This document shows positions 49,633-62,917 of a stretch of DNA of 64,000 nt, one piece after another (position 1 is the stretch's first letter; each line of letters opens with the position of its first letter). The stretch spans positions 1,777,927 through 1,841,926 of the forward strand of contig OZ199838.1 in the NCBI GenBank assembly GCA_964304625.1. Direction: 5' to 3'. Both the position numbers and the translations under genes were made by a program. This DNA comes from Kudoa neothunni. Taxonomy: Eukaryota > Animalia > Cnidaria. The notes under the pieces are model-generated. The model ran no database searches, was not told the DNA's origin, and was given only the letters and a program-made list of their open reading frames with translations.

Positions 49633-51568
49633 AGTAATCACGGAGTGTGTGGCTCCAAAATTTAACATGGTTACGAATGTACCACACTCTCAATTTCACT
49701 CAGTATGCACTTAACACAATTTTTAAATATTGAGTGATGAGAAAACAACGTCCAAAATTATAAATTAAAATTCTCATTTTTTTACTAACCGAGACCATTT
49801 GAAAATGTTACGAATCCTCGTTATCGTCTTAAATATCGTTTTACCTGGGCTTGTTCACTCTTTAATGGTCGAAAATTAGTTTTGTTTCTTATCCAATATA
49901 CATAAACGAACTTTTTTCGTTTTTTCATCTAAAGGTTAGATTTGAATGAGATATTTAGTGCAAGAATATTTCTTTGATAAAGATCAAGACTCAGAAACCG
50001 ATTTGGTGTGTGGGACTAGAATGTCAAACGGTAAATGAGGCGCGAGCCGGTTTACACAAAAATATACACCTTTAGCAGGGCCCATGCAACGTGCTAGGAT
50101 AATGCCTGTTTATTTTTATTATATAACAAATTACTTATTCTTGCCGAAATTTCATATAAAATAGAAGAAAACAAATTTTTCGATTTTTACATAATGGAAA
50201 CGTGGATAATAAACAGTTTATTACAATCATCTTCTGTTAAAGCGAGGCAATGTTTAAGTTTATTCAAATATTATCAGCTAGAATCCATTTAAATAATTTG
50301 TTGTTTTACGTGAATATTTTTTCAACAATGTTAATCTTATACATTCCTGTGTAATTTGAAAGGAATGTTTAAGTAAAATCTTGTTATTTTATGTAATGTG
50401 TAACGGATTGAAACTTTGATTAAAAATAGGACAGATCCTTCACGTTATAATAGTTGATTCATACATTTTTAATATCATCTTTTACTCTTTTGCGGGTCAG
50501 CGATTATCGGACTATTAAAAACAGATTCTTATAATTAACGGCAGTCTATAGTGTTAGTGTTGTGATTGAAGAAATTTACACCCAAAGAAAGTTTATGAAC
50601 TTCTTAATGATACCGATGAGTTAATAAGGTTTATAATTTGTGGGGTTATGGAAAAAGGTAGAAATTGAAACTAATATTTTTTCAATACAGTAAACTTTAC
50701 AAGTTTTTGTGCAATTATTATTTAATAAAATACAATGAAAGCCTAAAAAATTCTCAACTGTCTTGTATATATCTTTAAAATTATTATTAAAAAATTTTAT
50801 AAAGTATATCAAACTTTTGATCTGATATTTAAAATATTGATAAAACACGTGCTAAAAGTTTATTACAACCTAAACAGCTTTTGCAAAAACTTTGTTTAAT
50901 TGGTGGTTAATTTTTCTTGTTTGATTTTGCATACTTGGGAAGATTTAAACACAAACCTTTAGTTGTCGAAAGATATGTTACAATGTTTGTAAATAAAATT
51001 TTTAAAAGGTAGTACAATATTAAATGAATATCTGGGGAATTAAGATGGATTTTTCGAAAAACGTATTTTAAACACTCTCAAACTTTATTTTAAAAATATA
51101 TAAACTAAAAGATTCACGTAGACCTATGCTAGCAGAATTTCAAAGAAATTATTGTAAAATGGATGCATAAAATTAACAAGAGAACAATTTATTATAAAAA
51201 CTCGTTCATCTTTATGATAAAATCCACAGATACTATTAAAATATGTAGTTTAATACTATTTAAATCAAGAAAAGTAACCTTGATCCAAAAAATAAAGTTA
51301 AAGTCTACGTTTTTACGACAAACAAGTCTTCAACACCAAGATTAAGGCGATTAGGTAATCGTGCCCCGAGTACATAATCAAAATTCATGACATTTCCGCG
51401 TGGCCTCGACTAGCTAGTAAAAAAATGAGAATTTTATTTTATAATATTTGGATTTTTTTCTCATCACTCAATATTTAAAAATTGCGTCAAGTTGATATTG
51501 AGTGAAATTGAGAATGTGGAACATGCGTAACCATGTTTAATTTTGGAGCCACACACTCCGTGATTACC
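49633..51568. mobile_element. DNA transposon with ~110-bp TIRs, Merlin-like termini
   Basis: 49633-49745 and 51456-51568 are close inverted copies (RGTAATCACGGAGTGTGTGGCTCCAAAATT...TATTGAGTGATGAGAAAA). Flanks AGGATTCG/ATTATTCG suggest a decayed 8-bp TSD. Confidence 0.75.
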
Positions 51569-52360
51569 ATTATTCGTATTTATGTTATTTACAAGTTATT
51601 TTTTTACAAATAAGCTTAATATAAATTATTACTAAAAATATTACATCATTTTTATTAAATTAATTCTTACAAAAGCAATTACAGGTTATTTAGTAGACTC
51701 CCTTCAATTTCGATGTTTAACGTGGCTCTCGGTGTTTCGAAATAAAGAAAATATTTATCCAAAAACGTCATATTAAAATGATGAGAATTTTTGCATACTA
51801 TTTTTATAATATCCATCATATTAATAGACATGAATTAATGTATTTAGAAAGTTAAATTCACATGCGCTCGTATCGTTCTTTGTCTTCCAATCCTTATATT
51901 TAACTTAAAAATAGAATTCAATCTTAAGAATATGTTTTCTTAATTATTATTATTATCTCATAGTTACATTCCTGAGAGCCAGAAATAATTAAACAGTTAA
52001 AATTACACGCATGAAATTAAATTTACACGAAAGAATAATAGACAAATCTTTCGATTCAAAATTAAATAATAGCTCATGTGACTAAATCAGTTACCGAAAA
52101 CCGAATTTAACAGAGAATAATAATTGACCGATAATAAAATAATTAGGCTACACCAAAATTCGAACCCCCTTAAATGTGTTTTTGTCGTTCACCCCAATTA
52201 AAAGTATCATTGCAATAAAGGTTGGTTAAAGCCGGACAGATCACAAAAGAGCAGAATTTGGCAGAAAAAATCTCAAAATTCATAAAAACACAGGAAAACT
52301 ACCCTTCATTTTATAAAGTTCATAAAATATTTTATAGTAATAAAATGAAACTAAAAATAT

Positions 52361-53718
52361 TTATTTTTCATTTTCATGGTAATTGGGAGGTTGAGTATCA
52401 TCCCAATCCTGCCAGCCATTTTGATTATCTGTAATGTGTGTCTGCTGTGGATTGGCTCGAGTGGGTGTGTTGTATGTCTAAAATTTAATATAAATCTCGA
52501 CTACAATTGAGAAATTCTACAGAAGATGATTGAGACATAGAACTGTAAGGAGGTGGTGGCTCATGTCCAGCGATATTCGGTTGAGAGGTAGGCATATTGT
52601 TTCGACTTGAAAGACCAGAGGTCACATCGCTCCAGAAACCTACAAAGGCGCGCGAAACGCTGGACATCTACCATTTGAGGTTAAAAAAATTCTACCCTCA
52701 TAAACAATATGTACAGTATTTTCGGTAGATCGAGCAATTCTCCTAGCATCAATGCCAAGATCCTAAAAATTACGTTTCACAAAATCACACACTAAACAAC
52801 AATATGACTATAGTACATTTAGTCCTCTCTCAAAAGAATGTACAAACTAAAAGACAATAAGGTTTATTCCAACTGTTATAGAAAATTACATTATCAACAT
52901 AATTTTCTTGCCGATTAGCTAAACATAATAATTTAATATTCTGAGAGAAATATAAAGAAATTTACTGGATCTTCTTTGCTGAGTTCCATTGGGAGATTGT
53001 CTATTTGGAAATAGGTTAAAAGCCGTTCAACAAAATCAATTATCCAACTTTGAGCTAACCGAATTGTGGCTGACGCAACTATTTTGGATAGTGGTGCCCA
53101 GTACAGGTTGTGAATGAACCCTGGGAGAGTAGTTTCGTGCAGGAGATAATTCCTGCGTCCATTGTTTTCCCAGAGCTAATGTTGCGACCTATTGAAATTA
53201 TATTTTTATTTCGAGAATTCCCAATGATTCCATTATTGACTTTATCACGCAATAATGCAGCCGCACGAGACTCGTATTTTTCTTTAAACGACATAGCTAA
53301 CGAATAATCGGGCTGAGCTTCAAACCATTGTTTAGCATTGACATTTCCTCCAACCTATGCAAAATTTTATTAGTTACCCAAAGAGTGAACCTCTAAAACA
53401 AATCCATACATTCATTTTAGCTATTTCGGTATCCTTCCATTGATCCATTGTCACTGATCTCACAAAACTAAAACAAATAAAAGAAAATAACAAAAGATAT
53501 TCCAACCTTAGATGAACCCCTAAACTACGGTGTTTTCCAGAACATTGTAAACACAACCAAATTCCATAGGTTACACTAGCCCATTGGGGTGAAATATCAC
53601 CACACTCAAAACAATTCTGCCATTCCAAATAAACTAGGTAAATTATCTACAACATATATACATTGTTTCCGGGCTTGTGCCTTATTTGTTTGAGGGCCAA
53701 ACTACTGCGTTCATCCAT
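52361..53718 (-). CDS. ARFGAP1: ADP-ribosylation factor GTPase-activating protein 1
   Basis: [66 protein letters not shown]..|GGN..KYESRAAALLRDK; amphipathic SSVSRAFVGFWSDV; C-terminal GWQDWDD..EK*. Confidence 0.9.
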
Positions 53719-54317
53719 AATCCGTAATCCGAATCGTAACGTCTCAATACGATTAAAACTTTATTGATTTGATATTTGGTAATAATTGTCAACTAGACGT
53801 GTGTACAAATACTTATTATATTTCTAACCAATTTTAGGTATTATTATTTCTAAGATAATTATCCGACCATGTTAAATCTCACGCATGTTTGAATTAGGAT
53901 TTAGAAGATGGATAACGAGGGGATTAATGCGTTTTATCTTTACTTTGGTCTCCAATAAGTTTAATAATTTACTTTATAATATTTTTTTAATTCAAATAAC
54001 TTAATGTGATAATATATAACCGTATGTTAACACGATTTATTAGGTCGTTGTATGCATTAATTCTACATATAAGTGTTAAAATAATGTTTATTATTTAAAA
54101 TCATCATTATTATATACTAAAATAAGCTTCAGTAAAATTCGAGTAAATTTAATATTTAGAAATTTTAATTTTCAACCACAAGAATTCGTTATTTATCCGA
54201 AAATTTGAAGAATGTTTTTAATATTTAAAATAAAGCTAATATAACTGATATTTTTATAATCAAAAATTATTTCCTGTGCAACCAATATTATTTATAACTG
54301 ACTGGAAGTTTATGTAT

Positions 54318-54985
54318 CAGATATACTAGAGTATTAGCCGCACTTTTTTTTAAAATGCTTCAAAATCCGCATGTAACTTACACAAGCTTACAAATAAGTA
54401 TAGTTGGTAGTAATAATATAATTTTTACGTAATTAATTAATTAATTAATTTTCTAATTTAAATGTATAGTTCGCGAGCAATGGCGGATTAAATGGATGTC
54501 GGAGTGATTGGCAAACAAGACACCTTCAGGGAAGTTTAAACGACCTGCATTATCTATCGTAGCTGGTTGGTGGAAAAATTCATGAGAATCAAGAAGTTCA
54601 GAAATTATCCAAAGATTATCCAAAAAATGTAGCATATCAAATTTAATGAATGGGAGCGAAAATGATATACTTTGGGAGGATAAAAAATAGAAAGTAACGA
54701 TGAAGAGATCGGTGAGATATATGATGACACCATAATTTCGGAGCAAAGAATATGTTTACTTGAGGAGAGCGACTCGTCAATCCGATTTACTCGATGAAAA
54801 CCATTAATATTTGAGACTTGTTTTTTTTAGAAATACTACCATTATATGAACCCAAAATAAATATTTCATGTTGTATTCTATAAATTTTATTTTTTGTTCA
54901 TTACTTTAAACTAATACACCAACCAACCAAAATCATGAAAAATTACTCCAAAACCCCCCTGCGACTTATACTTGAATACATACGG
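54318..54985 (+). mobile_element. Tc2/pogo-type deletion derivative
   Basis: Ends CAGATATACTAGAGTATTAGCCGCA / TGCGACTTATACTTGAATACATACGG. Transposase C-terminal relic TPSGKFKRPALSIVAGW..KKCSISNLMNGSENDILWED (pogo TP.G..KRP..W..FKKCGISNALDGSEDD.LW). Confidence 0.75.
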
Positions 54986-55251
54986 TTGTTAAAATATGAA
55001 ATTCTGACTCTCCCCTCTCCTCGTTCAACCTAATTTTTCCAACCTTGACTGGTCACTCTGCCAAAATATAGAGATTAAATAGTTTAATACAGAAGGCTCC
55101 TAACACACACTAGTTTCATAGATGCTAGGGGATCAAGATATCGAAAACAATATTATTTTAGATTCAAAAGATTAAAATTGGTATGCCGAAACAAAAAATG
55201 TGTCCTTAATTTTAATACCAAGTTATTTATGTTGAGAATAACAACAAATAC

Positions 55252-55254
<3 letters not shown>

Positions 55255-55288
<34 letters not shown>
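55255..55288. repeat. (AT)n microsatellite
   Basis: About 17 dinucleotide units read directly. A shorter run lies at ~31226-31246. Confidence 0.9.
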
Positions 55289-55290
<2 letters not shown>

Positions 55291-55432
55291 AAAATCATAC
55301 ATTATTAGAAAATAATAAAATTAACTTAATAATACTAATAAAACTTTAAAGTTGATAATGAGGTAAGGTCGCGTGATTGAGTTTCTTTAGCACAGCCACT
55401 CAACTTTTAGTTATTTCATCAATGCGTAAAAG

Positions 55433-57147
55433 TTAGACTTCAAAATGAGTCACATGTATTCCAATATTTAATCCATAGAAAAGCTTTTGCCATCGTTGCA
55501 AATAAGCTATTTGAATTGTATGAATGGGTTTGTCTAGTGTTTCTTCGACAATCACAGCAGCAAATATAGAACTAATAAGATTGATCACGGTGAATAGGTA
55601 GAATGTACGCATAATGAGATTGGTCTAAAAGAATGATGAATGAATATGGTGGGCGGCAAAATTAACATTTTCACGGAGAAAAATGTACATATAGGGTTGG
55701 TAAAAATAGATAAACAATGGAATCTCCAATCCAACAAAACATCGACAAAAATCCTTGGGCAGTAGCCAAATAATTCGAAGGGAAAATTTCCTCTGAGATA
55801 TACCATGTGGTTGGCCCTTTTGACATAAAAAGCTTAGAAATGAGGCTACTGAGTAAAGCTTTAATCTTCTTACCTATACCCACCTGAAACACACAAACAA
55901 ATAGAGAAATAAGAGCCAAATAGGTTTCATATTGTACATCCCACACATAACAGATTGAAGTTGATGCACAAACGATGGTTAGTAACGCGAATGATAGTTC
56001 GACCTGTATTTTTCTTTCAGCAAACACATTCCATACATACTAGATAAAGATTGAAGAGTAGATCGAATATTTGGCAACGTGTTAAATCAAAAATAGGAAC
56101 TTACAAAAAAGAGCGAACTCATTAATGCAACCACTCCAACAATGATAGCAATGTATTTTTCGGTAGGAGAATCTTTCACATCGTCCCCGAAATATCGAGT
56201 GAAACCAATGATTGCGTTGATACCTGAAGCGTGCTTTAGAAAACACACTATACACCAACTGGCCACTGAAGCAAGTGACCGTTTGTTAGAGAGAAATTTC
56301 CTGATGGAGATTTCAGTGGAGTCTTTTTGTTCTTCTATCCCACTAACTACACGATCCAATTCCATGACAACGTAGGCATAGCCACGTAGTTTCAACAGAG
56401 CATCTCTAGTTAGCTCTTTATCTCTGGTGAAAACATAGATGTACTTGTGGCTTTCAAACACATAAAACGTTATTAAAGTTAGTAGCACTCCGAAAGCTAT
56501 AGGCACAAAACACAATAAATACCAACTTTCGCCAGCGTTTAGCATTACATCCGCCACATTTATAATTAATATACCCGCATTTATAGAAACTTGGATCAAT
56601 ATTTTGTAGTATTTTAATATTTGGGTTGGAATAATTTCCATTAGCCACACAGTCGAAGACACTATAAGGAGACTAACTGCGAATCCGTCAACAGCTCTCG
56701 AAAAGTAGAATAAAGCCAACGAAGTTTTGTAAGAAAAAATTTTAAAACAACTAGATATTATAACCAATTGGGTTGAAAACATTGTAGTATACCGTCTAGA
56801 CAAATTAAACTTAGCTCACTTAAATTAATCTACCTTCCAAAACTATTTGTTGCTATCGCGCCAAATAACGAACCAAAGATACCGAATATAGGAAAAAGAC
56901 TGTTTAACGTGTAGAGCTTGTCAGCTTGTTCCGTTGGAATACTGAATGTTTTCCCTATTCTCTAGTTGGAAATAGTTACAATTAAAAATTACGATCAACT
57001 CACAAATAGATAATACAGATAAATCATTCCCGCTTGATATTTTGATACCCATAAGGAACGGGCCCAGTAGCAGGAATGAAATGCATACTAAACCTGTTTT
57101 CGACTGTTTACTGTCTTCAGTTTTCGAAGAATTGTCGCGTTTATCAT
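55433..57147 (-). CDS. Divergent SLC2/GLUT-family sugar porter
   Basis: LNSLFPIFGIFGSLFG..NSFGR|R; SRAVDG; WLMEIIP; ESHKYIY; ALLKLRG; KHASGINAI; GPTTWYISEEIFP; EETLDKPI. These are degenerate forms of the GLUT motifs FGRR, EISP, PESPRY, QQLSGINA, GPIPW..AELF and PETKG. Start inferred across one frameshift. Confidence 0.85.
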
Positions 57148-58719
57148 TATCCTTTATTTTAAAATAATCGTACAAAATTGGAAGTGTATTAAATCACTGT
57201 GATTCGTATTTTATTGACTAAAATGATATTTTTATAGTAACTTAATTTTTTGTTATTTTGAATTTACCGTTCGCTTTTTTCTTTTCGTTCTCTTTGTTAA
57301 ATAATTTAATTTCTTTAAAAAATTCTATAAAGTATCATTAAATGTTATATTCATACTGGAAAAATTGAAATATTAAGGATTATCCGTTGGCTTTGTTTAC
57401 CTTTTTGATTCTTTCCCTTCATCAGGTATTGAAAAACAACTAAAAAATATTTATTCTTTAATTACTCCTAGAATACATCGTATCTGAGTCGTTAATCTAT
57501 TAAAACCTAATTTAAATTTTGTAATAACGCCTTTTTAATCTTGAATAACATATAGGTCAATTCAAGATGTACGTCCTGCGGATACATCAAACAAAAATTC
57601 GATAATAGGCTGCTTGTAAGGGAATAATTTCGTAAATAATATATAAAAATTAGCATCTATTTTGTCAAAAATATAAAAATAAACGTGAAGAAAATTTATC
57701 GCCAAAATCGTTTGTGCTGATAGTCACCTATACTATTGCATAAATAATATAACAAACTCATTTACATTTTCTAGGTCCCCTGAGTCTATAAGCCCACCCA
57801 AGGATTAAATTATTTTAGAGATCAACAATTTTGGTAGTTAAAAAATATTTTTTTATATTATTAAAATTATTAGAAAATTAAATGTAATTTTAAACCAGAA
57901 AATATTACTTTTATTGGTGTATAATCATCGCGGGAGCAATATACGGGGTTCAAATAGTGGTTTTAAATTTTTTTAAATAATTTAAATGAAAATTGTTACT
58001 TTATTTAAAGTAATCATTGAGATGTTTGTGAAAGTTGATTTACTAGAATTTGAGTAAAGCATGTAGTTTATTTATATTCGATAGTTATACAATTCTTATG
58101 AATCACTTCTAATATTAATAAAGAAATTGTAAAAATAATCAACAAATATTCCATTAAATAGGGGTTTATGAATATTAAATTATAAATAATTCAAAAAAGT
58201 TAATTAGAGCATTCAGACTAGCTTTATTGGGAAACATAGAAATCTTTATAATTAAAAAAAAGACTCAAAAGGAATCAGATATCTACACCTTTCCACTAGG
58301 ATCAATAGAATTATTTACCATTTGGGTAACAATTATAATAGTAACGCACCCTGCGCGCGCATTCCGGTTTTATTTGTGTTTTTTTCTTTAAAATGTATTT
58401 ATTTTCAACGATAAACAATAGAATCTTCTTTAATATAAGTTGAATGAAACATATTCTTTCCTATTCGTTAGAGCAAAATTTTTGATATTCAGAAAGTAAC
58501 CGATAACTATAGACTTACTTATTTAAAATTATTATTTGAATATTTTAAACAAAACGTGTAGTCTTATTTTTAGTCTTTTAGAATAATTTGCATAAATTTA
58601 AAAAATTGAACAGTAAAAATGTTTTTTCCTTTTAGTTTTCGCGTAACCGATTTTCCATAACTTTTTGGCTTCAAACTAATTTATCGGAGTATGTTTTGTT
58701 ACTTTTATAATTTTTTTGG

Positions 58720-61700
58720 AAACTTTAAAATTGAGAACAATAAAAGAAAATTATCAATTTTCTACAAAACTTATGGAACTAGTTTGTAAAAAATGTTACT
58801 GTTGGTAAATTTAAACTTCCCTTACTTTCTACTCTTGATCATATCTTGAGTGAATAAAGAGATATAGTTTTCTCAAATGTAAGGGGTCTGGTGTTTTCTA
58901 ATGGAAAAAATTTTAAACAAGATTCAAATAACAACACCGATGCTTTAGTACATGACTGGATTATCTGTTTGAGATAAAAAAATTAAACTTTCTGCCCATG
59001 ATATCGTACATAAACAGAAAATTGGCAAAAGAATTAAAAATAAACTTATTAACCTTCTAGGTCACTTGAAAATTTACACCTTCCGAGCAAAATTGGGGTA
59101 TTTTTACACCCAATATTTTGTTGGCTCCAACGATTTAGAATTTAAAAATAATTATTTTTGTAAACTTTGAAAATTTTTTATCGATTAAACTTGAAATTAT
59201 AGGCCAACATTTCCAGCTAAGAACTAAAGCGCAAGCGCACACCCCAAAAATTTATCGTCTGGTGTAGAATGTGTATTGACATTACGTTTACAAGATCCTA
59301 TTTTCTAATTTAGGAAAGCTTTTAAGTAGCATTAGAATTATTCTATTAAATATAAGATCAAAAGAATAACATTAATAATAAGACAACATTGACATAAAGT
59401 TATCGGTTAAAACAATTAAAACAAACATGACTGGAATAGAATTTGCAGCAAGATTAAGCGTAAATGTCGCGTTTTATTTTTGCTTTGCTATCATATTTCC
59501 TATCGCAAGATCGGCATCTCCTATAACTACTTTACCCAATTATAACAGATATAAGGAAGGAGTCTTCATTAACTGTCCTATTTTGTTTCTGCCTCAAAAG
59601 TAGTCGATGTGTCATGTGTCAATGGGGTTGTCATCATTTTCAAAGATTCTCTCCTGAGTAATTTATTTATTAGACTGATATCAACCATGCTAAAGAAAAT
59701 AATTAACGACCAACGACAAATTATTCGTCTAACATTTATCGCTGCCAATAATATGGAAATCGGATCAACTCCGCCCTTTACTGCATTATAATGCCATACA
59801 ACACTAGGTTTAAATGGCTTTTCTGTCGATATTTGGATGTTTATCGAGGGGGAACAAAGCATATATCTTAGTATCCTTTTTTTTGTTCAAAACAAAAAGA
59901 GATGAATGAAGAGGAGTCATTCTATCTGATCTCAAATATGGTGGTATCTCCCTCTTATTTGAACGCATCGTTCCAACAATTGTAAGTTTTTTTGTAACAA
60001 TTCATCCGCCATTTCAATCTCAATGGATGTGAAAAAATTGTCACATAACACATTTCGACCAGAACGTTCAAATGGTTCCACTAACTTTAAAACAATATTC
60101 CTCCCAACATTCACAGCCCTCGTGTCATTTTGAGATCGTTTTCCCAAATAGACAATCGCATTGCAAACAAAAGTTGACTTTGGGCCAGTTATTCAAAAAA
60201 ACTTTAGTTCATATTTTGAAGGCTTTCGGCATATATTGTTTGAATTTACAACGACCTCTAAAAGCTAGTAAGTAGTTGCTCGTCGATGCAAAGATCCTCG
60301 AAAAGTCGAAACGAAGAGCTCTCTTGATTTGCCAGAATCTAATTAAAGATAATAGGTCACAATAAACTTGTCTGCCCTCTTCTAACCCAAACAATTATTT
60401 GACTGGTCGTTGATTATCGTCAAATATTCCCCTTAAAAATAAACATCTGATGAATCCATCGAATTCTACAGTATCTAATTGCTTCCAAGCATCACCAAAA
60501 ATTTTTTTACCATATTGATTTGTATATTTTAAAGTGAAATCAATAATTTCATTTTAATTCTGCAAAACATAAGATGAAACACCAATACGACTGATCAAAA
60601 GATTTTCGGCTGCAGTTCTAGAAGTCGAGGGTTTTTCAATTGTCCATAAGGTTACATTCTTATCGTTAGAGAGTCAGGTGAAGCGTTAATTTAAACTTAA
60701 GAATTATCTGATGACGTATCACGCATAAAGGAATAACCCATCTCTGAAGAATCAATATCAGAATAGTTGCCGCTATATTAAATTGAGCTCATTTCACCAA
60801 TGTCTGCTGACGAAAGCGCACTGCAGAGATGTCCAGCAATATTTGTTGATTTGAACAATAATTTGTCGACGAAAGTGTATGAAATTTCCCCAAAAAATAT
60901 TATTTTCTATTCGGAACAATTTAATCTAAAAAAATGTGTCGGATAAAAATAACCCCTTTTACTTGGAAGTTAATGATCCATGGTTGTTTTCGTTGTTTAA
61001 CTGACGATTAAATTTAAGATATGTAACTTTTCATAGTAAGGTTGCATGTATCGACTCAAATGTTGTAGAAAACTGGCCCACTAAATTGAATGATTTAATC
61101 AAAGATTACAATGTTTATTGTATCTATAATGTTAACGAAACCGTGCAATTTTACCAACAACAAAGAGGTATATTATTATTTATTCTAAGTGTTGATGCTT
61201 TTAAGGGGAATTTGTTGTTTCGCCGCTATAAACAAATTCTAGCAGAGAGAACAAAGTTAAAAAAGGTTATTATTTGGCTTTGTGCCTCTATGTCTGGAAG
61301 TAATATTTAACCTCGTGTAACTAGAAATCACAAAAAAACTTCGTGTTTTAAAAACGTAAAAAAATGCCCGGTAAAATTCGAGACAAACAAAAAACCTGGA
61401 CGACTGGATAAATATTTAAGAAATATCTTGCTAGGTTGAACAACGTATTCAGAACGAATAACTGTAAAGTATTGCTATTTCTCAATAATTCACCTTGTGT
61501 TCCCGAAATTCAATTGTCCGATATCTCCCTTGTATTCATTCCAAAAAAGTCAACTAGCGTTTTACAATCTTATTACCAATGCATAATTTTCTCGTCCAAA
61601 TCAAATTACAAAAATAATTTGATAAAAAGTCATATTCTTGCAGTTAACAATGATATAAATCTATTTTCCTAATTAAAAAATCATAAGATGGTGTTTCTAA

Positions 61701-61720
61701 GGATACCATATTTAAATTAT
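58720..61720 (+). mobile_element. Decayed Tigger transposase split by a piggyBac insertion
   Basis: Left of the piggyBac: HTH relics KFKLP.STLDHIL and DALVHDWII..AKELKI. Right of it: WLF..RLNLRYVTFHSKVACID..VENW, IYNVNET, LCASMSG, KVLLFLNN..LSDISLVFIPKKSTSVLQ. Confidence 0.72.
59053..60969 (-). mobile_element. piggyBac element with decayed transposase
   Basis: TTAA on both sides (59049-59052, 60970-60973); ends CCTTCTAGGT / CTTCCAAGT. Motifs LRFD, LLAFRGRCKFKQYMP, GRNVLCDNFFTS, YNAVKGGVD, RW..IFF.MVDI..IN and the C-terminal RCRSCDRK. Confidence 0.9.
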
Positions 61721-62917
61721 TCCGAAAATCTGATTTTTCTGTAGTCGATGAATGCGAGCGTATATCAAATATCAATATGAGCAATAGTGAGTTCTCAGTT
61801 GAAATTTCCGAACTGCTTCAAAAGGAAATCATTATGCCTACACCATAAAACTTTGACGAGCCTACTCCTTTGATTGTTGAATCTGCTAATTCTGAATTTG
61901 ATGTGAGGGATGAGAGAATTTATATCATCAAAAGATGTATTTAAATGTTTAAACATTGAGGAGATGTATGAACCAAAAATGAAATTTAATATGTAGATGA
62001 AATAATGAACTTTAACACAGAATTGCAGCACATATGTTACAAAAAAACAACGTATTATTTCAATAAAAATAAATGTAGTGTTTATTTAGAGCGCACAGAG
62101 AGGTAAGGGGAAATTACGCGATGACGTATTTTCAATAATTTTTCCATAGTCTCAAGGATTTACAGAAAATCGATTATTCAATGTATATTAGTTTTCCTAT
62201 AGATATTTGGACTAGTGGTCATTCATCAATATCCATCATTAATTTTACTGGCTAATGGATTACCATCGAATTCGCTCTCAAACAGACTGTCTTTGACGTA
62301 AAAAAATTAAAGAATTCCATATGGGAGAAACGATTACCTCAGTAGTTTAAGAAATATCTGACACTTGGAATATTAAAAAAAATTATATTTATGTAACTGT
62401 TAAAGACAATGCAAGAAATATTGCCATTGGAATAAATAATATTCATATTCTTAACCTTCCACATTTTTGCTCATTCTCTACAACTTGTGATGGTGGATGC
62501 TGTTATAACCAGAAAAATATTGTTGGTGTATTAACGAACAATAAAAAATTGTTGAACACTTAAACATTCCTAGCTACCATACTTACGGCTTGAAGAAATT
62601 CAAATTAAAATATACGCAAAGATGTGGTTTCGGGGGAAACCCAAATATTAAAACGTAATAAACTCAACTTTCGAATCACTTCACCCTATCGAGGCTATTA
62701 TTTATTAGTTTCGAATCATGATTATAATATAGATAATTAATATATATTTTTTAAATGAATAAATAATATCTTAGAAGTAAAGGTGTTTTCTCAGCACGTC
62801 ATAAATATGTTACTCTAGATATTACTGATAATATTATATTATTATAAATATAAAGTGTTTGAATGAGTTGTGATAAAGATATTGTTTTCGATGAAGAGAA
62901 AAAGTTGAGCCAATTAT

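Noticed and set aside
48664-50552. Transib-like ends CACACTG ... CTATAGTG
   Set aside because: Match too short, no 5-bp TSD and no transposase relic.
16660-57809. Recurrent AGGATTAA/TTAATCCT (K50 homeodomain-like or telomere-like)
   Set aside because: About 12 copies counted versus roughly 5-6 expected from composition; not tandem and too weak without a proper background model.
12619-62031. Numerous 60-95 aa I/F/L/K/Y-rich ORFs in spacers (e.g. 12619, 30804, 33244, 34679, 35530, 48468, 50621, 61795)
   Set aside because: Composition expected from random AT-rich DNA, often with non-ATG starts, and no motifs or splice support.
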